This document shows, piece by piece, positions 47,544 to 57,217 of a DNA stretch of 64,000 bases. The DNA lies in the NCBI GenBank assembly GCA_034431435.1, contig DAOUDG010000084.1, positions 78,591 through 142,590 on the forward strand, in the 5' to 3' direction. This DNA is from Anaerolineae bacterium. Lineage in GTDB: Bacteria; Chloroflexota; Anaerolineae; Epilineales; JAHCIE01. Numbering within the stretch: position 1 is the stretch's first letter; every line of letters begins with the position of its first letter. The notes under the pieces are model-generated. The model was not told the DNA's origin. It did no database searches and was given only the letters and a program-made list of their open reading frames with translations. Made by a program: the position numbers and the translations under genes.

Positions 47544-48557
47544 TCACCTCATCTCCCCCCGCAAGTTCATCTCCATCTGGCGGCGGATCTCGGCGGGCGG
47601 GTAGCTCTTGCTGGACAGGTAGAACAGCTTGGTGAGGGCGGCCTCGGTGGTCATGTCGTGGCCGCTGATGACGCCGGCCCGCGCCAGGGCCGCGCCGGTT
47701 GCGTAGTCGCCCAGATCGACCGTCCCCGACAGGCACTGGCTACAGTCGACGATGACCACGCCGCGCGCCGTCGCCTCGGCCAGGGCGTCCAGGAAAGCGG
47801 CGTCCTGGTCGGGACCGTTGCCGACGCCGTAGGTCTCCAGCACCAGCCCGACCAGGGGCGGGGCCAGGATGTGGCGCACGAAGTCGGCGGCGATGCCGGG
47901 GAACAGGCGCAGCGCGCCGACACGCGGTTCACCCAGCTCCTGCACGCCGAGGGAGGTGTTCGACGCGGCCGGGCGACGCACGCGCGGCCAGTCGATCTCG
48001 ATATCAATCCCCACCCGACCCAGGGGCGGGAAGTCGGGCGAGTCGAAGGCCTGGAAGCCGTCCGCGCTCACTTTCACGGCGCGACAGCCGCGCAGCAGCC
48101 GGCCGCCAAAAAACAGGCACACTTCGGGCACGGGGTAGTGGGCGGCGAGGAGCAGGCTGGTGATGAGGTTCTCGCGGGCGTCGTTGCGTATCTCGCACAG
48201 GGGAATCTGGGAGCCGGTCAGGATGACCGGCTTAGCCAGGTCCTCCAGCATGAAGGCCAGCGCGGACGCCGTATAGGCCATCGTATCCGTGCCGTGGAGC
48301 ACGATGAAGGCATCGTAGTCGGCGTAGTGGGCGGCCAGGTCGCGGGCGATGGCGTGCCAGTGGCGCGGCGTCATGTTGGACGAGTCGAGCAGCGGCTCGT
48401 ATTCGGCCAGCGTGTAGGCGGGCATGCTCTCGGCCTGCAACTCAGGCATGGCCGCCATCTGCGCGGCCAGGAAGCCGGGCGCGGGCGCGTAGCCAGAGGG
48501 TGTGCGCCGCATGCCGATAGTCCCGCCGGTATAGGCGATGTAGACGCGGGGAGGCAC
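47544..48557 (-). CDS. L-asparaginase, type I (AnsA-like)
   Basis: VYIAYTGGTIGM...HGTDTMAYTASALAF...LTGSQIPL: canonical asparaginase catalytic threonine motifs. Start set to GTG at 48557 (M-PPRVYIAYTGGTIGM), as in E. coli AnsA. The 90-aa S/T/R-rich N-terminal extension of the ORF-track call (to 48833) is rejected as a frame artefact. Confidence 0.8.
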   Translation of the reverse strand: MPPRVYIAYTGGTIGMRRTPSGYAPAPGFLAAQMAAMPELQAESMPAYTLAEYEPLLDSSNMTPRHWHAIARDLAAHYADYDAFIVLHGTDTMAYTASALAFMLEDLAKPVILTGSQIPLCEIRNDARENLITSLLLAAHYPVPEVCLFFGGRLLRGCRAVKVSADGFQAFDSPDFPPLGRVGIDIEIDWPRVRRPAASNTSLGVQELGEPRVGALRLFPGIAADFVRHILAPPLVGLVLETYGVGNGPDQDAAFLDALAEATARGVVIVDCSQCLSGTVDLGDYATGAALARAGVISGHDMTTEAALTKLFYLSSKSYPPAEIRRQMEMNLRGEMR

Positions 48558-48564
48558 GCGCAGC

Positions 48565-49584
48565 CTATGCCTGCTTGAAGGCGTCGTCGAAGGCGACGCT
48601 CGACGGCGTGAGGTCGAGGCGGCGCACCAACGCCAGCGACTCGGGCGCGCCCTGGTCGCGGTGCATCCCGTTGTCCTCCCACTCGATAGAGTAAGGACCG
48701 CGATAGTCGATGTCGTTGAGGGCGCGGAAGACGCGCTCGAAGGGCACGCCGCCCCGCCCCGGCGATACGAAATCCCAGCCCCGGCGGTGGTCACCGAAAT
48801 ACAGGTGCGAGCCGAGGATGCCGTTGCGCCCATCCAGGCGATGTACCGACTCCTTGACGTGCATGTGGTAGATGCGGTCAGCGTACTCGTAGACGAAGGC
48901 CACCGGATCTACCATCTGCCAGTATAGATGGCTGGGGTCGAAGTTGATGCCGAAGGCCGGGTGATTGCCGATGGCGTCCAGGGCGCGGCGCGTCGTCCAG
49001 AAGTCGTAGGCAATCTCGCCGGGGTGGACCTCCAGGCCGAACTTGATGCCCTCCTTCTGGTACTCGTCCATGATCGGCCCCCAGGTATCGGCGAACGCCT
49101 GGTAGCCAGCGTCAATCATCGCCGGTGGCACGGGCGGGAACATCGCCACCACATGCCAGATCGGGGAACCGGTGAAACCGTTGACCACGGACACACCCAG
49201 CTTCGCCGCGGCCCGCGCCGTGTCGATCATGCGCTGCGCCGCGCGTTTCCGCACGCCGCCCGGCTCGCCGTCGCCCCAGATATCGGGTGGCAGGATACTC
49301 TGGTGGCGGGCGTCGATGGCAAAGTCGCTGACCGCCTGGCCGACGAGATGGTTGCTGATGGCGAAACACTGGAGATTGTAGCGGTGGAGGGTGTCCCAGA
49401 CAGACCTGACGTAGGCGGCGTCGGACAGGGCGCGCGGCACATCAAACTGCTGATTCCAGCAGGCGAGTTCCAGGCCATCGAAGCCCCATTGGCTGGCCTT
49501 GCGCGCCACCTCGTCGATGGTCAGGTCGGCCCACTGGCCAGTAAAGAGAGTAACAGGTCGCGGCACCATCGCCTCCTTTGACAT
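48565..49584 (-). CDS. Sugar phosphate isomerase/epimerase (xylose-isomerase-like TIM barrel)
   Basis: 339 aa: [12 protein letters not shown]...[12 protein letters not shown]...HMHVKES, metal-binding E/D/H/E pattern of the AP-endonuclease-2/XI-like TIM family. Confidence 0.8.
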   Translation of the reverse strand: MSKEAMVPRPVTLFTGQWADLTIDEVARKASQWGFDGLELACWNQQFDVPRALSDAAYVRSVWDTLHRYNLQCFAISNHLVGQAVSDFAIDARHQSILPPDIWGDGEPGGVRKRAAQRMIDTARAAAKLGVSVVNGFTGSPIWHVVAMFPPVPPAMIDAGYQAFADTWGPIMDEYQKEGIKFGLEVHPGEIAYDFWTTRRALDAIGNHPAFGINFDPSHLYWQMVDPVAFVYEYADRIYHMHVKESVHRLDGRNGILGSHLYFGDHRRGWDFVSPGRGGVPFERVFRALNDIDYRGPYSIEWEDNGMHRDQGAPESLALVRRLDLTPSSVAFDDAFKQA

Positions 49585-49695
49585 CGCTATGGCATCGCCC
49601 CGCGCGGGGCAAGAAGTTGCATGCAGCGCAGCCGCCGGGCGTGTCGGCCGCCGGGCGTAGGATAGCCCAATCGGAGCGTTTGGTCAACGCGCGCC

Positions 49696-49724
49696 TTGAC
49701 GCGATCCCGCGTGTTCCCTATCAT
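49696..49724 (+). promoter_or_regulatory. Candidate sigma-70-type promoter (TTGACG-17 nt-TATCAT) upstream of mutY
   Basis: Read directly from the sequence. The -10 ends about 7 nt before an in-frame GTG at 49731, compatible with a leaderless transcript. Confidence 0.3.
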
Positions 49725-49754
49725 CTCCGTGTGAGGCCCAGGGACGATGCTGCC

Positions 49755-50855
49755 GTGACTCTTCCCCTCGACTCTGCCTGGCGTGACGAGTTCGTGGCCC
49801 GCCTGCTGGCCTGGGGCGCGGACCAGCGCAGCCACCTGCCGTGGCGCGCCGCCGACGATGACGGCCGCCGTGACCCGTACCGCGTCTGGGTCGCCGAGAT
49901 CATGCTGCAACAGACCGGCGTGACCACCGTCGGCCCCTACTACGACCGCTTTCTGGCGCGCTTCCCGACCGTCGCCGCGCTGGCCGCCGCGCCCGTGGAC
50001 GACGTGCTCAAGGTATGGCAGGGCTTGGGCTACTATGCCCGCGCCCGCCATCTGCACCGCGCCGCCCAGATCATCGTCGCCGAGCATGGCGGCCGGGTCC
50101 CCAGCGATACCGATGCCCTGGCGCGGCTGCCGGGGATTGGCCGCTACACCCTGGGGGCCATTCTCAGCATCGCCTTCGGCCAGCCCGCGCCCATCCTCGA
50201 CGGCAACGTGCGGCGCGTCCTGGCGCGAGTCTTCGCCATTGCCGACAACGTGCGCGCCCCGGCCATCGAGCGGCGACTGTGGGCCTTGTCCGAGGCGCTC
50301 GTGCCCCTCGCCGCGCCCGGCGCATTCAACGAGGCCCTCATGGACCTGGGGGCGACGATCTGCATTCCGGCGCGGCCGCGCTGCCTGGCCTGCCCGGTTA
50401 TGAGCCTGTGTCAGGGGCGAGCGATGGGCATCCAGGACGAGCTACCGGCGCGGCCGCCACGCCGGCAGACGCCCCACTACGACGTGACGGCGGGGGTCAT
50501 CTGGCGCGGCGACGAGTTCCTGGTTGCCCAGCGCCCGCTGGACAAGATGCTAGGTGGGTTGTGGGAGTTTCCGGGCGGCAAGTGCGACCCTGGTGAGGCG
50601 CTGGCCGACTGCCTGCGCCGCGAGTTGCGGGAAGAACTGGCAATTGAGGTGGAGGTGGGTGACGCGGTGACGGTGGTGCGCCACGCCTATACCCACTTCC
50701 GCATCACCCTGCACGCCTTCCACTGCCGCATCGTCGGCGGCGAGCCGCAGACTCTGGAAGTCGCCGCTATCGCCTGGACGACCCTGGCCGACGTGGACCG
50801 CTTCGCCATGGCCGTCACCGACCAGCGGATTCTGGCCGCGCTGCGGCGCAGCTAG
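49755..50855 (+). CDS. mutY: A/G-specific adenine DNA glycosylase MutY with C-terminal NUDIX domain
   Basis: HhH-GPD core (IMLQQTGVTTVGPYYDRF...LPGIGRYTLGAILSIAFG), 4Fe-4S Cys cluster (C-x6-C-x2-C-x5-C: CIPARPRCLACPVMSLC), NUDIX box (GGKCDPGEALADCLRRELREELAI). No in-frame ATG, so start inferred as GTG at 49755 (alternative GTG at 49731). Confidence 0.8.
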   Translation: MTLPLDSAWRDEFVARLLAWGADQRSHLPWRAADDDGRRDPYRVWVAEIMLQQTGVTTVGPYYDRFLARFPTVAALAAAPVDDVLKVWQGLGYYARARHLHRAAQIIVAEHGGRVPSDTDALARLPGIGRYTLGAILSIAFGQPAPILDGNVRRVLARVFAIADNVRAPAIERRLWALSEALVPLAAPGAFNEALMDLGATICIPARPRCLACPVMSLCQGRAMGIQDELPARPPRRQTPHYDVTAGVIWRGDEFLVAQRPLDKMLGGLWEFPGGKCDPGEALADCLRRELREELAIEVEVGDAVTVVRHAYTHFRITLHAFHCRIVGGEPQTLEVAAIAWTTLADVDRFAMAVTDQRILAALRRS

Positions 50856-50956
50856 GGCGGCCCCCCGTGGCCGGGCGCGCCTGGCGGCGACGTGGTCCCC
50901 GCGAGCGCCCACGAGGCCGGGGCGCGGACCAGGCGGGAGCAGCGGAGGCTAAACCT

Positions 50957-51433
50957 ATGCGGGATGAGATCATGGCCGTCTTGCGGCATCTGGATCGCGA
51001 TCTGGATGGGGTGGTGTGGGTCATCACCGGCAGCGTGGGGTTGGCGTTGCAGGGGATGCCGCTGGAGCCGCGTGACGTGGACCTCCAGACCGACGAGGCG
51101 GGCGCGTATGAGATTCAGCGCCGCCTTGCCACCTACACGACGCGCCCCGCCACCTTCGTGACGCGCGAGCGAACCCGCTCCCATTGGGGGGCATTCAGCA
51201 TCGACGGCGTCGAGGTCGAGGTCATGGGCGACATCCAGCAGCGCGCGCCCGACGGCGACTGGGACCCCGCGCCCGATCTGTCGCAGCTCGCCCGCTGGGT
51301 ACAGGTGGACGGCCTGCGCATGCGCGTCCTGCCCCTGGCCTACGAGGCCGACGCCTACCGCCGCATGGGCCGCGTCGAGAAGGCCGCGCTTATCCAGGCA
51401 TACGCTGACGCGAACGCGACCACCGACCAGTGA
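50957..51433 (+). CDS. Hypothetical protein, minimal nucleotidyltransferase-like fold
   Basis: GGAGGC RBS. ITGSVGLALQGMPLEPRDVDLQTDE fits the GS...[DE]xD minimal-NTase signature. Confidence 0.55.
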   Translation: MRDEIMAVLRHLDRDLDGVVWVITGSVGLALQGMPLEPRDVDLQTDEAGAYEIQRRLATYTTRPATFVTRERTRSHWGAFSIDGVEVEVMGDIQQRAPDGDWDPAPDLSQLARWVQVDGLRMRVLPLAYEADAYRRMGRVEKAALIQAYADANATTDQ

Positions 51434-51484
51434 AGACCGACTACCGACCACGGAAGAGGCGTCGCGGTGGTCAGTGGTCGGTAG

Positions 51485-52651
51485 TCATTCCCCGCACCAG
51501 CGCCGCGCCGTCTCGATGAGGACGCGGGCGCACTGCACCACCGACTCTGCCTCCACCCACTCGTCGATGCTGTGCCAGCCGCCGCCGGTGTTGCCGAACA
51601 GCACCGTCGGGATGCCCGCCGCTTGTAGCAGGGCGGCGTCGGTCCACGCCGTCTGCCCTACCAGCGCGGGGGCGCGGCCCAATACGCTTTCGGTCGCCGC
51701 CGCCACCGCGCGCGCGATGGGCGCATCGGCGTCGATGCCGAACGGCTCGCGGCTGAACACCAGGCGGGCCGTGGCGCGGAAAGCCGGGTCGGCGGCCGCC
51801 AGGCGGGCCAGGATGGCCTCAATCTCGGCCAGCACGGCCTGGGGCGTCTCGCCGCTGACGGTGCGTCGCTCTAGCTGGACCTGGCACACGTCGGGGTACA
51901 TGCTCCACTCGCGCCCACCCGATACCATCGAGGCGTGCGCCGACGGCGGCGTGACCAGGGCGGGATGGGGCCGCGCCTGCAACTCACGCCCGTAGTCCTC
52001 GAACGCCACCAGGAAGCGACCCATATGGGTGATGGCGTCGACACCCTCGTTGGGGCGGCTGCCGTGGGCGGCGCGGCCGATGGTCTCCACCTCCACCCAC
52101 ACGAAGCCCCGGTGCGCCAGGCACAGGCCCAGGTCCGTCGGCTCGGTGACGATGGCTGCGTCGGCGGTGTATGCCCGCGCCAGGGCCTCGGTGCCGATGG
52201 AGGCGTACTCCTCGTCCACAACGCATGCGATGAGTAGATCGCCCTTCAGATGGACGTCCGCCTCGCGCAGGGCGCGCGCCGTCCACAGCATCGCGGCGAT
52301 GCTGCCCTTCATGTCGGACGAGCCGCGCCCCAGGATGTGGCCGTCGCGACGGCGCGGGCTGAACGGCTCGGCCATGCCCTCGACGCCCACCGTATCGACG
52401 TGGCCGTTGAGCATCAGCGAGCGCCCGCCGCCCGCGCCGCGCAGGACGCCGATGACGTTGGGGCGGCCAGGGGCCACCTCCTGGACCTCCACGGCGAGAC
52501 CTGCCTCGCGCAGGAAGTGGGCACAGTAGTCGGCAATGGCGGCCTCGCCGGGCGCATCGGCGGCCAGATCGGGGTTGATGGACGGGATGGCGATCAGGTC
52601 ATCCAGAGTCGCCAGGACAGCCTCAGGGTCGATAGGCACGCTATGACTCAC
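51485..52651 (-). CDS. M20 family metallopeptidase (ArgE/DapE-like deacylase)
   Basis: GHVDTVG...SDMKG...EEYASIG...HRGFVWVE: M20 zinc-binding and catalytic residues. Confidence 0.85.
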   Translation of the reverse strand: MSHSVPIDPEAVLATLDDLIAIPSINPDLAADAPGEAAIADYCAHFLREAGLAVEVQEVAPGRPNVIGVLRGAGGGRSLMLNGHVDTVGVEGMAEPFSPRRRDGHILGRGSSDMKGSIAAMLWTARALREADVHLKGDLLIACVVDEEYASIGTEALARAYTADAAIVTEPTDLGLCLAHRGFVWVEVETIGRAAHGSRPNEGVDAITHMGRFLVAFEDYGRELQARPHPALVTPPSAHASMVSGGREWSMYPDVCQVQLERRTVSGETPQAVLAEIEAILARLAAADPAFRATARLVFSREPFGIDADAPIARAVAAATESVLGRAPALVGQTAWTDAALLQAAGIPTVLFGNTGGGWHSIDEWVEAESVVQCARVLIETARRWCGE

Positions 52652-52812
52652 ACAGCCTCCACAGTGCGCGATTGAGAGATGGCCTGAATTGTGCCGAACA
52701 ACGGAGACGTGTCAAGGCGGCGCGAGGCGTGCGGTGAAACTTTACTATTGCCACTGCGTGCTTACACTTAGCCGCACCGCTCCGCCCGTTGTTCATCGAG
52801 ACCAGTCAGCCC

Positions 52813-54144
52813 ATGCCCACGGTCCCAGCGCCCGCCTCGGACAAACCGCCGCGCTTCGCTGCCTTCAGGTATCATGACTTCCGCCTCATGTGGGCCGGTC
52901 AGTTGATCTCGGGCGCTGGCACCCAGATGCAGTTCGTCGCGCTCAACTATCAAATCTACGATTTGACCGGCAGCCCGATCTACTTGGGGCTGACCGGTCT
53001 TGTGCGTGTTGTGCCTATCATCATTTTCTCGCTGCTGGGTGGTGTCATTGCCGACAACGTGGACCGCCGCAAGCTACTGCTGGTCACCCAGACGCTGATG
53101 ATGCTCGTGGCAGCGACGCTAGGCGCGCTGACCAACGCCCAGCTTATCACCCCCTTGATGATTTACGCCCTGACCGCGGTCGGCGCGGCCGCCGTCGCCT
53201 TCGATAGCCCGGCCCGCCAATCCATCGCCCCCAACCTTGTCCCGCGCGAGGCCTTCAGCAACGCTGTCAGCCTCAATACCATCGCCTGGCAGGGCGCCAA
53301 CATCGCTGGCCCGGTACTGGCAGGCTTCGTCATCCAACGCTTTGGCATCGGCCAGGTGTACTGGGTCAACGCCGCATCCTTCATTGCCTCGCTGGCCGCC
53401 CTGGCCCTCCTGCACACGCGCTTCGCCGTCGCAGCGAAGCGCAACGTCAGCTTTGGCGCGCTGAAGGAAGGCTGGAAGTTCGTCTTCAGCCAGCCCCTCG
53501 TCCGCGTCACGATGCTCCTCGACTTCGTGGCGACCTTCTTCTCGTCGGCCAACCAGTTGTTGCCCGTCTTCGCCAAGGACGTTCTGGACGTGGGTGCACA
53601 AGGCTTCGGCATCCTGTCCGCGGCGTCGGCCGTCGGCGCAGTGAGCGCCAGCGTTGTCATGACCTTCATCCCGCGCCTGCGCCATCAGGGACCATTGCTG
53701 CTGATCGCTGTAGGCCTCTACGGCTTTGGCACGATCATCTTCGGCGCGTCGCACCTGTTCTGGCTGTCCTTCGCCGCCCTGGCCCTCCTCGGCGCTGCCG
53801 ATATCGTCAGCACCGTTATCCGCCAGACGATTCGCCAGCTGGTAACGCCCGACCGTCTACGCGGGCGTATGGTATCGGTCAACATGGTCTTCTTCATGGG
53901 CGGCCCGCAATTGGGCGAGCTGGAGGCGGGCTTGTTAGCGGCCGCCGTCGGCGGGCCGCTGTCTGTCGTCATCGGCGGCGTCGCCACCATCATCATTACC
54001 GCCTGGACTGCCTTTGCTTCGCCCTCGCTACGCACCTATGACGAGCACCCACCGGAACCGCCCACGACACCTACTGTCCTCGACGCGCCGCCAGCCTCCG
54101 CCGCGTCACCGGCCGGTGGGTCGCTGACGCCGGGGGGGCAATAG
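52813..54144 (+). CDS. MFS transporter (EntS/YbdA-like family)
   Basis: 12 TM helices. LGGVIADNVDRRKLL (MFS loop 2-3 motif). Alternative start 52789. Confidence 0.8.
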   Translation: MPTVPAPASDKPPRFAAFRYHDFRLMWAGQLISGAGTQMQFVALNYQIYDLTGSPIYLGLTGLVRVVPIIIFSLLGGVIADNVDRRKLLLVTQTLMMLVAATLGALTNAQLITPLMIYALTAVGAAAVAFDSPARQSIAPNLVPREAFSNAVSLNTIAWQGANIAGPVLAGFVIQRFGIGQVYWVNAASFIASLAALALLHTRFAVAAKRNVSFGALKEGWKFVFSQPLVRVTMLLDFVATFFSSANQLLPVFAKDVLDVGAQGFGILSAASAVGAVSASVVMTFIPRLRHQGPLLLIAVGLYGFGTIIFGASHLFWLSFAALALLGAADIVSTVIRQTIRQLVTPDRLRGRMVSVNMVFFMGGPQLGELEAGLLAAAVGGPLSVVIGGVATIIITAWTAFASPSLRTYDEHPPEPPTTPTVLDAPPASAASPAGGSLTPGGQ

Positions 54145-54187
54145 GACGCTCTCCGCCCCGCCCCTCGCTCTGATCGTCGCCCCATCC

Positions 54188-55903
54188 TCAGCCTGAGTAC
54201 GCCACCCGGTACAGCACACCCGCCTGGTCGTCGGAGACGATCAGGCTGCCGTCGGGGGCGGCGATGACGCCCGCCACTCGCCCCCAGCGCTGCCCGTTGG
54301 GGAATTGCCAGCCGGTGATGAAGTCCTCCGCACCGACGGCCTGGCCGTTCTCGAAGCGGATGCGCAGCAGCTTCGGCTCGGCGGGCGGTTGGCGGTTCCA
54401 TGAACCGTGCTGGGCAACGATCAGGTTGCCCTGGTAGGCGGTGGGGAACTGGCTGCCGGCATAGAAGGTCAACCCCAGCGGGGCAGCGTGTGCGCCGATG
54501 GGCACGGTGGGTGGGGTGACGCCGCTGCAGTCGGCGCCTGGCGTCTGGGGTGTGGCGTTCGGCGGCAGGCAGCGCGGCCAGCCGAAGTCCTGGCCCTGGC
54601 CGACGATGGTCACCAGGTCGGGCGGGATGTCGTTGCCCTGGTTATCGCGCTCGTTGACCGTCGCCCACAGCCCGCCCGTCCCAGGCTGGAAGGCCAGGCC
54701 GACCGCGTTACGCAGGCCCCAGGCGAAACGCTCGTAGCCGCTGCCGTCGGGGTTGTAGCGCAGGATGGCGGCCCGCCGCTCGTCCTGCTCCTGGCAGATG
54801 TTGCACGACGAGCCGACCGACACGTACATCTTGCCGTCGGGACCAAAGACGACGGTGCGCGTGAAGTGGCCCGCGCCGCTCGGCAGGCTAACGACCGTCT
54901 CGCGCCCGCTGGGCAGGCCGTCGGGCGTGTAGCGATAGCGGCTGATGCGGTCCGTCTCCCCCACGTACAGGTACACCCCGTCGGCCGCCTGGTACAGGGC
55001 CAGGCTCGACGGCGTGTTGAGGCCGCTCAGGATGGGGGCGGGTGCGGCCGCGGTCGGCTGGAGCGCGCCGTTGGCGGTCGGGTAGCGGTAGACGCTGCCA
55101 GTCTGGTCCGCCACCAGCAGGTTGCCCGCCGTGTCGAAGGTCATGAAGCGCGGCTGGCGCAGCCCGGCGGCCACCACCGACACGCTGACGCCCTGGGGCG
55201 CGCGCATCGCTCGCGCCGGCATGTTGATACCCGGCGGTACGCTCAGCGTCGTATCCACGAGGCCGGTGGGTGGGGCGCTCGGCGCGCTGACGTCGCCGCC
55301 GCGCGTCACGAACGGCACGTTCCCATAGTCACCGTTGGCGACATAATAGACACGCACCTGGCCGCTGCCCAGGTTCTCGGCGCGCTGCGCCGCGTAGGCC
55401 ACGCCTTCGACGGTCAGATTGAACTCCGGCGAGTTGGGCACGAAGCCATCGGCGAAGATGCGCTTCTGAAGCGCGGCGTTCGGGTTGAACTGGATGACCT
55501 GGCGACCTTCGCCTTCGGCCAGCAGCGTGTTGGGCACACTTCCCCCGCTGCCTGCGCCGCGAGTAACGGATAGGATGTTGCCGTAATCGTTCCCCATGAC
55601 ATAGTAGACACGCACCTGACCGCTGCCCAGGTTTTCGGCGCGCTGCCCTGAGTAGCCCGCGCCGTTGATGATCACCGAGAACTCCGGCGAGTTGGGCACG
55701 AAGCCGTCAGCGAAGATGCGCTTCTGGAGGGCGGCGTTCGGGTTGAACTGGATGACTTGATGCTGCTCGCCCGCCGCCAGCAGGGCGTCGGCGGGCGACG
55801 TGTCGGCATGGGCGGTAGGGCGGCGTGCGGCGGCGAGCAACGTCAACGCGGTGGCGACCAGTAGGGCCAGCGCCAGTGCGCGGCGGGGCATCGATTCACG
55901 CAT
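54188..55903 (-). CDS. Secreted PQQ-dependent soluble sugar (glucose/sorbosone) dehydrogenase-like beta-propeller protein with tandem duplicated N-terminal domain
   Basis: Signal peptide MRESMPRRALALALLVATALTLLAAA. Two nearly identical about 86-aa N-terminal repeats (DNA 55271-55783). C-terminal SGDH/YliI-like propeller (MTFDTAGNLLVADQTGSVYRY...GWPRC...). Confidence 0.8.
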   Translation of the reverse strand: MRESMPRRALALALLVATALTLLAAARRPTAHADTSPADALLAAGEQHQVIQFNPNAALQKRIFADGFVPNSPEFSVIINGAGYSGQRAENLGSGQVRVYYVMGNDYGNILSVTRGAGSGGSVPNTLLAEGEGRQVIQFNPNAALQKRIFADGFVPNSPEFNLTVEGVAYAAQRAENLGSGQVRVYYVANGDYGNVPFVTRGGDVSAPSAPPTGLVDTTLSVPPGINMPARAMRAPQGVSVSVVAAGLRQPRFMTFDTAGNLLVADQTGSVYRYPTANGALQPTAAAPAPILSGLNTPSSLALYQAADGVYLYVGETDRISRYRYTPDGLPSGRETVVSLPSGAGHFTRTVVFGPDGKMYVSVGSSCNICQEQDERRAAILRYNPDGSGYERFAWGLRNAVGLAFQPGTGGLWATVNERDNQGNDIPPDLVTIVGQGQDFGWPRCLPPNATPQTPGADCSGVTPPTVPIGAHAAPLGLTFYAGSQFPTAYQGNLIVAQHGSWNRQPPAEPKLLRIRFENGQAVGAEDFITGWQFPNGQRWGRVAGVIAAPDGSLIVSDDQAGVLYRVAYSG

Positions 55904-56137
55904 GGTGTGTATCTCACTCTCCCAACAGCGTCGCGACGGGAAGATACGTCTTGGGGCGAGTTGGACGTCGTGCCGTGGCGACGACTGCCACATCCGCTGC
56001 CCGAACCCGGTCCGGATTGCGGCGACTATGGATGCCCATTCATAGCCCAATTATAGCCGAACTCAGACCCTCTCGCATTTCGCCCGGCGCGCCGGTCGGC
56101 GGTATAATTCGACGGATATTGGAGCACCGGTTTCCCC

Positions 56138-57202
56138 ATGAGTGACGATCTATACGCCATCCTGGGCGTCGCCGCCAACGCGACGCCCGACCAAATCGAG
56201 GCGGCCTACCGCACCCTCGCCCGCCAGTACCACCCCGACGTCAACCGTGCGCCGGAGGCGGCCGACCGCATGCGGGACATCAACGCCGCCTACCGAGTGT
56301 TGCGCGACCCCCAGCGCCGCGCGGAGTATGACCGCACGCGCCTGCTCACCCAGCGCGCCGCCGCGCCCGAGCGCCGCGCCGAGTGGCAGGATTTCGCGGC
56401 CTTCGAGGCGCGCCGCCCGCCGCCCCCGCCCACTACCCCACCCGCCGCCTCCGCTCCGCGCGTCTCCATGCCCCTCATCGTCGGTGGGGTGTTGGTGCTG
56501 TTGCTGGCCGGTCTGGCCCTGGTCGCTCTCGGTGGCCGTGGCGGCGACAGCGGGCCTGCCTCCGCTACCCTAGTCGCCGGGAGCAACGGCCAGCGCCAGA
56601 CGCCGGGCGCGACGCCGGTGCGCGCCGGCCAGCCGACCGCGACCGGGGCCGCCGTAATTCTGGCGGCGACAGGTCCGACGGCCACCATGCCACCCGCTGT
56701 GACCAGCACCCCGCGCTCCTCGCCGACCCCGAGCATCACGCCGACGCCGACGGAGACGGCCACTGAGACGCCGACGCCGACCGACACACCGACCGCGGCC
56801 CCGGCGCGCCCGGTCGGCCCGCCCCTGGCAGTGACGGCCAGCGAGTTCTACAACGAGCAGGAAACTCGCGCCGGTGGGCGCAAGTTTCAGATCAAGTTGA
56901 ACATCCTGAATCAGGGGCCGCAGACGTTGAATCCGCCCTGGCGGCCGCGCTTCCTGGTATACGCGGGCGAGCGTCCCAAGGGCTGGGTCGAGGCCAACTA
57001 TTATGGGCCGGAGGCGGGCGGTGTGGACATCTCCCAGCAGCAGCCCCTGCCGCCCGGCCAGCAGCAAACCTGGGCCTGGTACACCATCACCGCTGGCCCC
57101 GACGAGTGGGTGCGCCAGATCGAGTTCAGCGCCCTCGGCACACGCTGGACCTGGACCTTCGACCCCGCCTTCCAGAATGCCCAGTTGAGCATCGGCCGCT
57201 GA
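56138..57202 (+). CDS. J-domain (DnaJ-like) membrane protein with Pro/Thr-rich linker
   Basis: DLYAILGV...YRTLARQYHPDVN (J domain with HPD), one TM helix (MPLIVGGVLVLLLAGLALVAL), P/T/A-rich low-complexity linker, about 130-aa C-terminal domain. Confidence 0.8.
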   Translation: MSDDLYAILGVAANATPDQIEAAYRTLARQYHPDVNRAPEAADRMRDINAAYRVLRDPQRRAEYDRTRLLTQRAAAPERRAEWQDFAAFEARRPPPPPTTPPAASAPRVSMPLIVGGVLVLLLAGLALVALGGRGGDSGPASATLVAGSNGQRQTPGATPVRAGQPTATGAAVILAATGPTATMPPAVTSTPRSSPTPSITPTPTETATETPTPTDTPTAAPARPVGPPLAVTASEFYNEQETRAGGRKFQIKLNILNQGPQTLNPPWRPRFLVYAGERPKGWVEANYYGPEAGGVDISQQQPLPPGQQQTWAWYTITAGPDEWVRQIEFSALGTRWTWTFDPAFQNAQLSIGR

Positions 57203-57217
57203 TTGTTCGGAGCCTGC

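Noticed and set aside
47274-48578. 434-aa plus-strand ORF antisense to the MBL hydrolase and asparaginase genes
   Set aside because: Antisense artefact. Both minus-strand genes have canonical catalytic motifs.
48558-48833. N-terminal 92-codon extension of the asparaginase ORF (track start at 48833)
   Set aside because: The extension is S/T/R-rich and overlaps the adjacent isomerase gene. Asparaginases begin just before the xYIAYTGGTIGM block, so a GTG start at 48557 is used.
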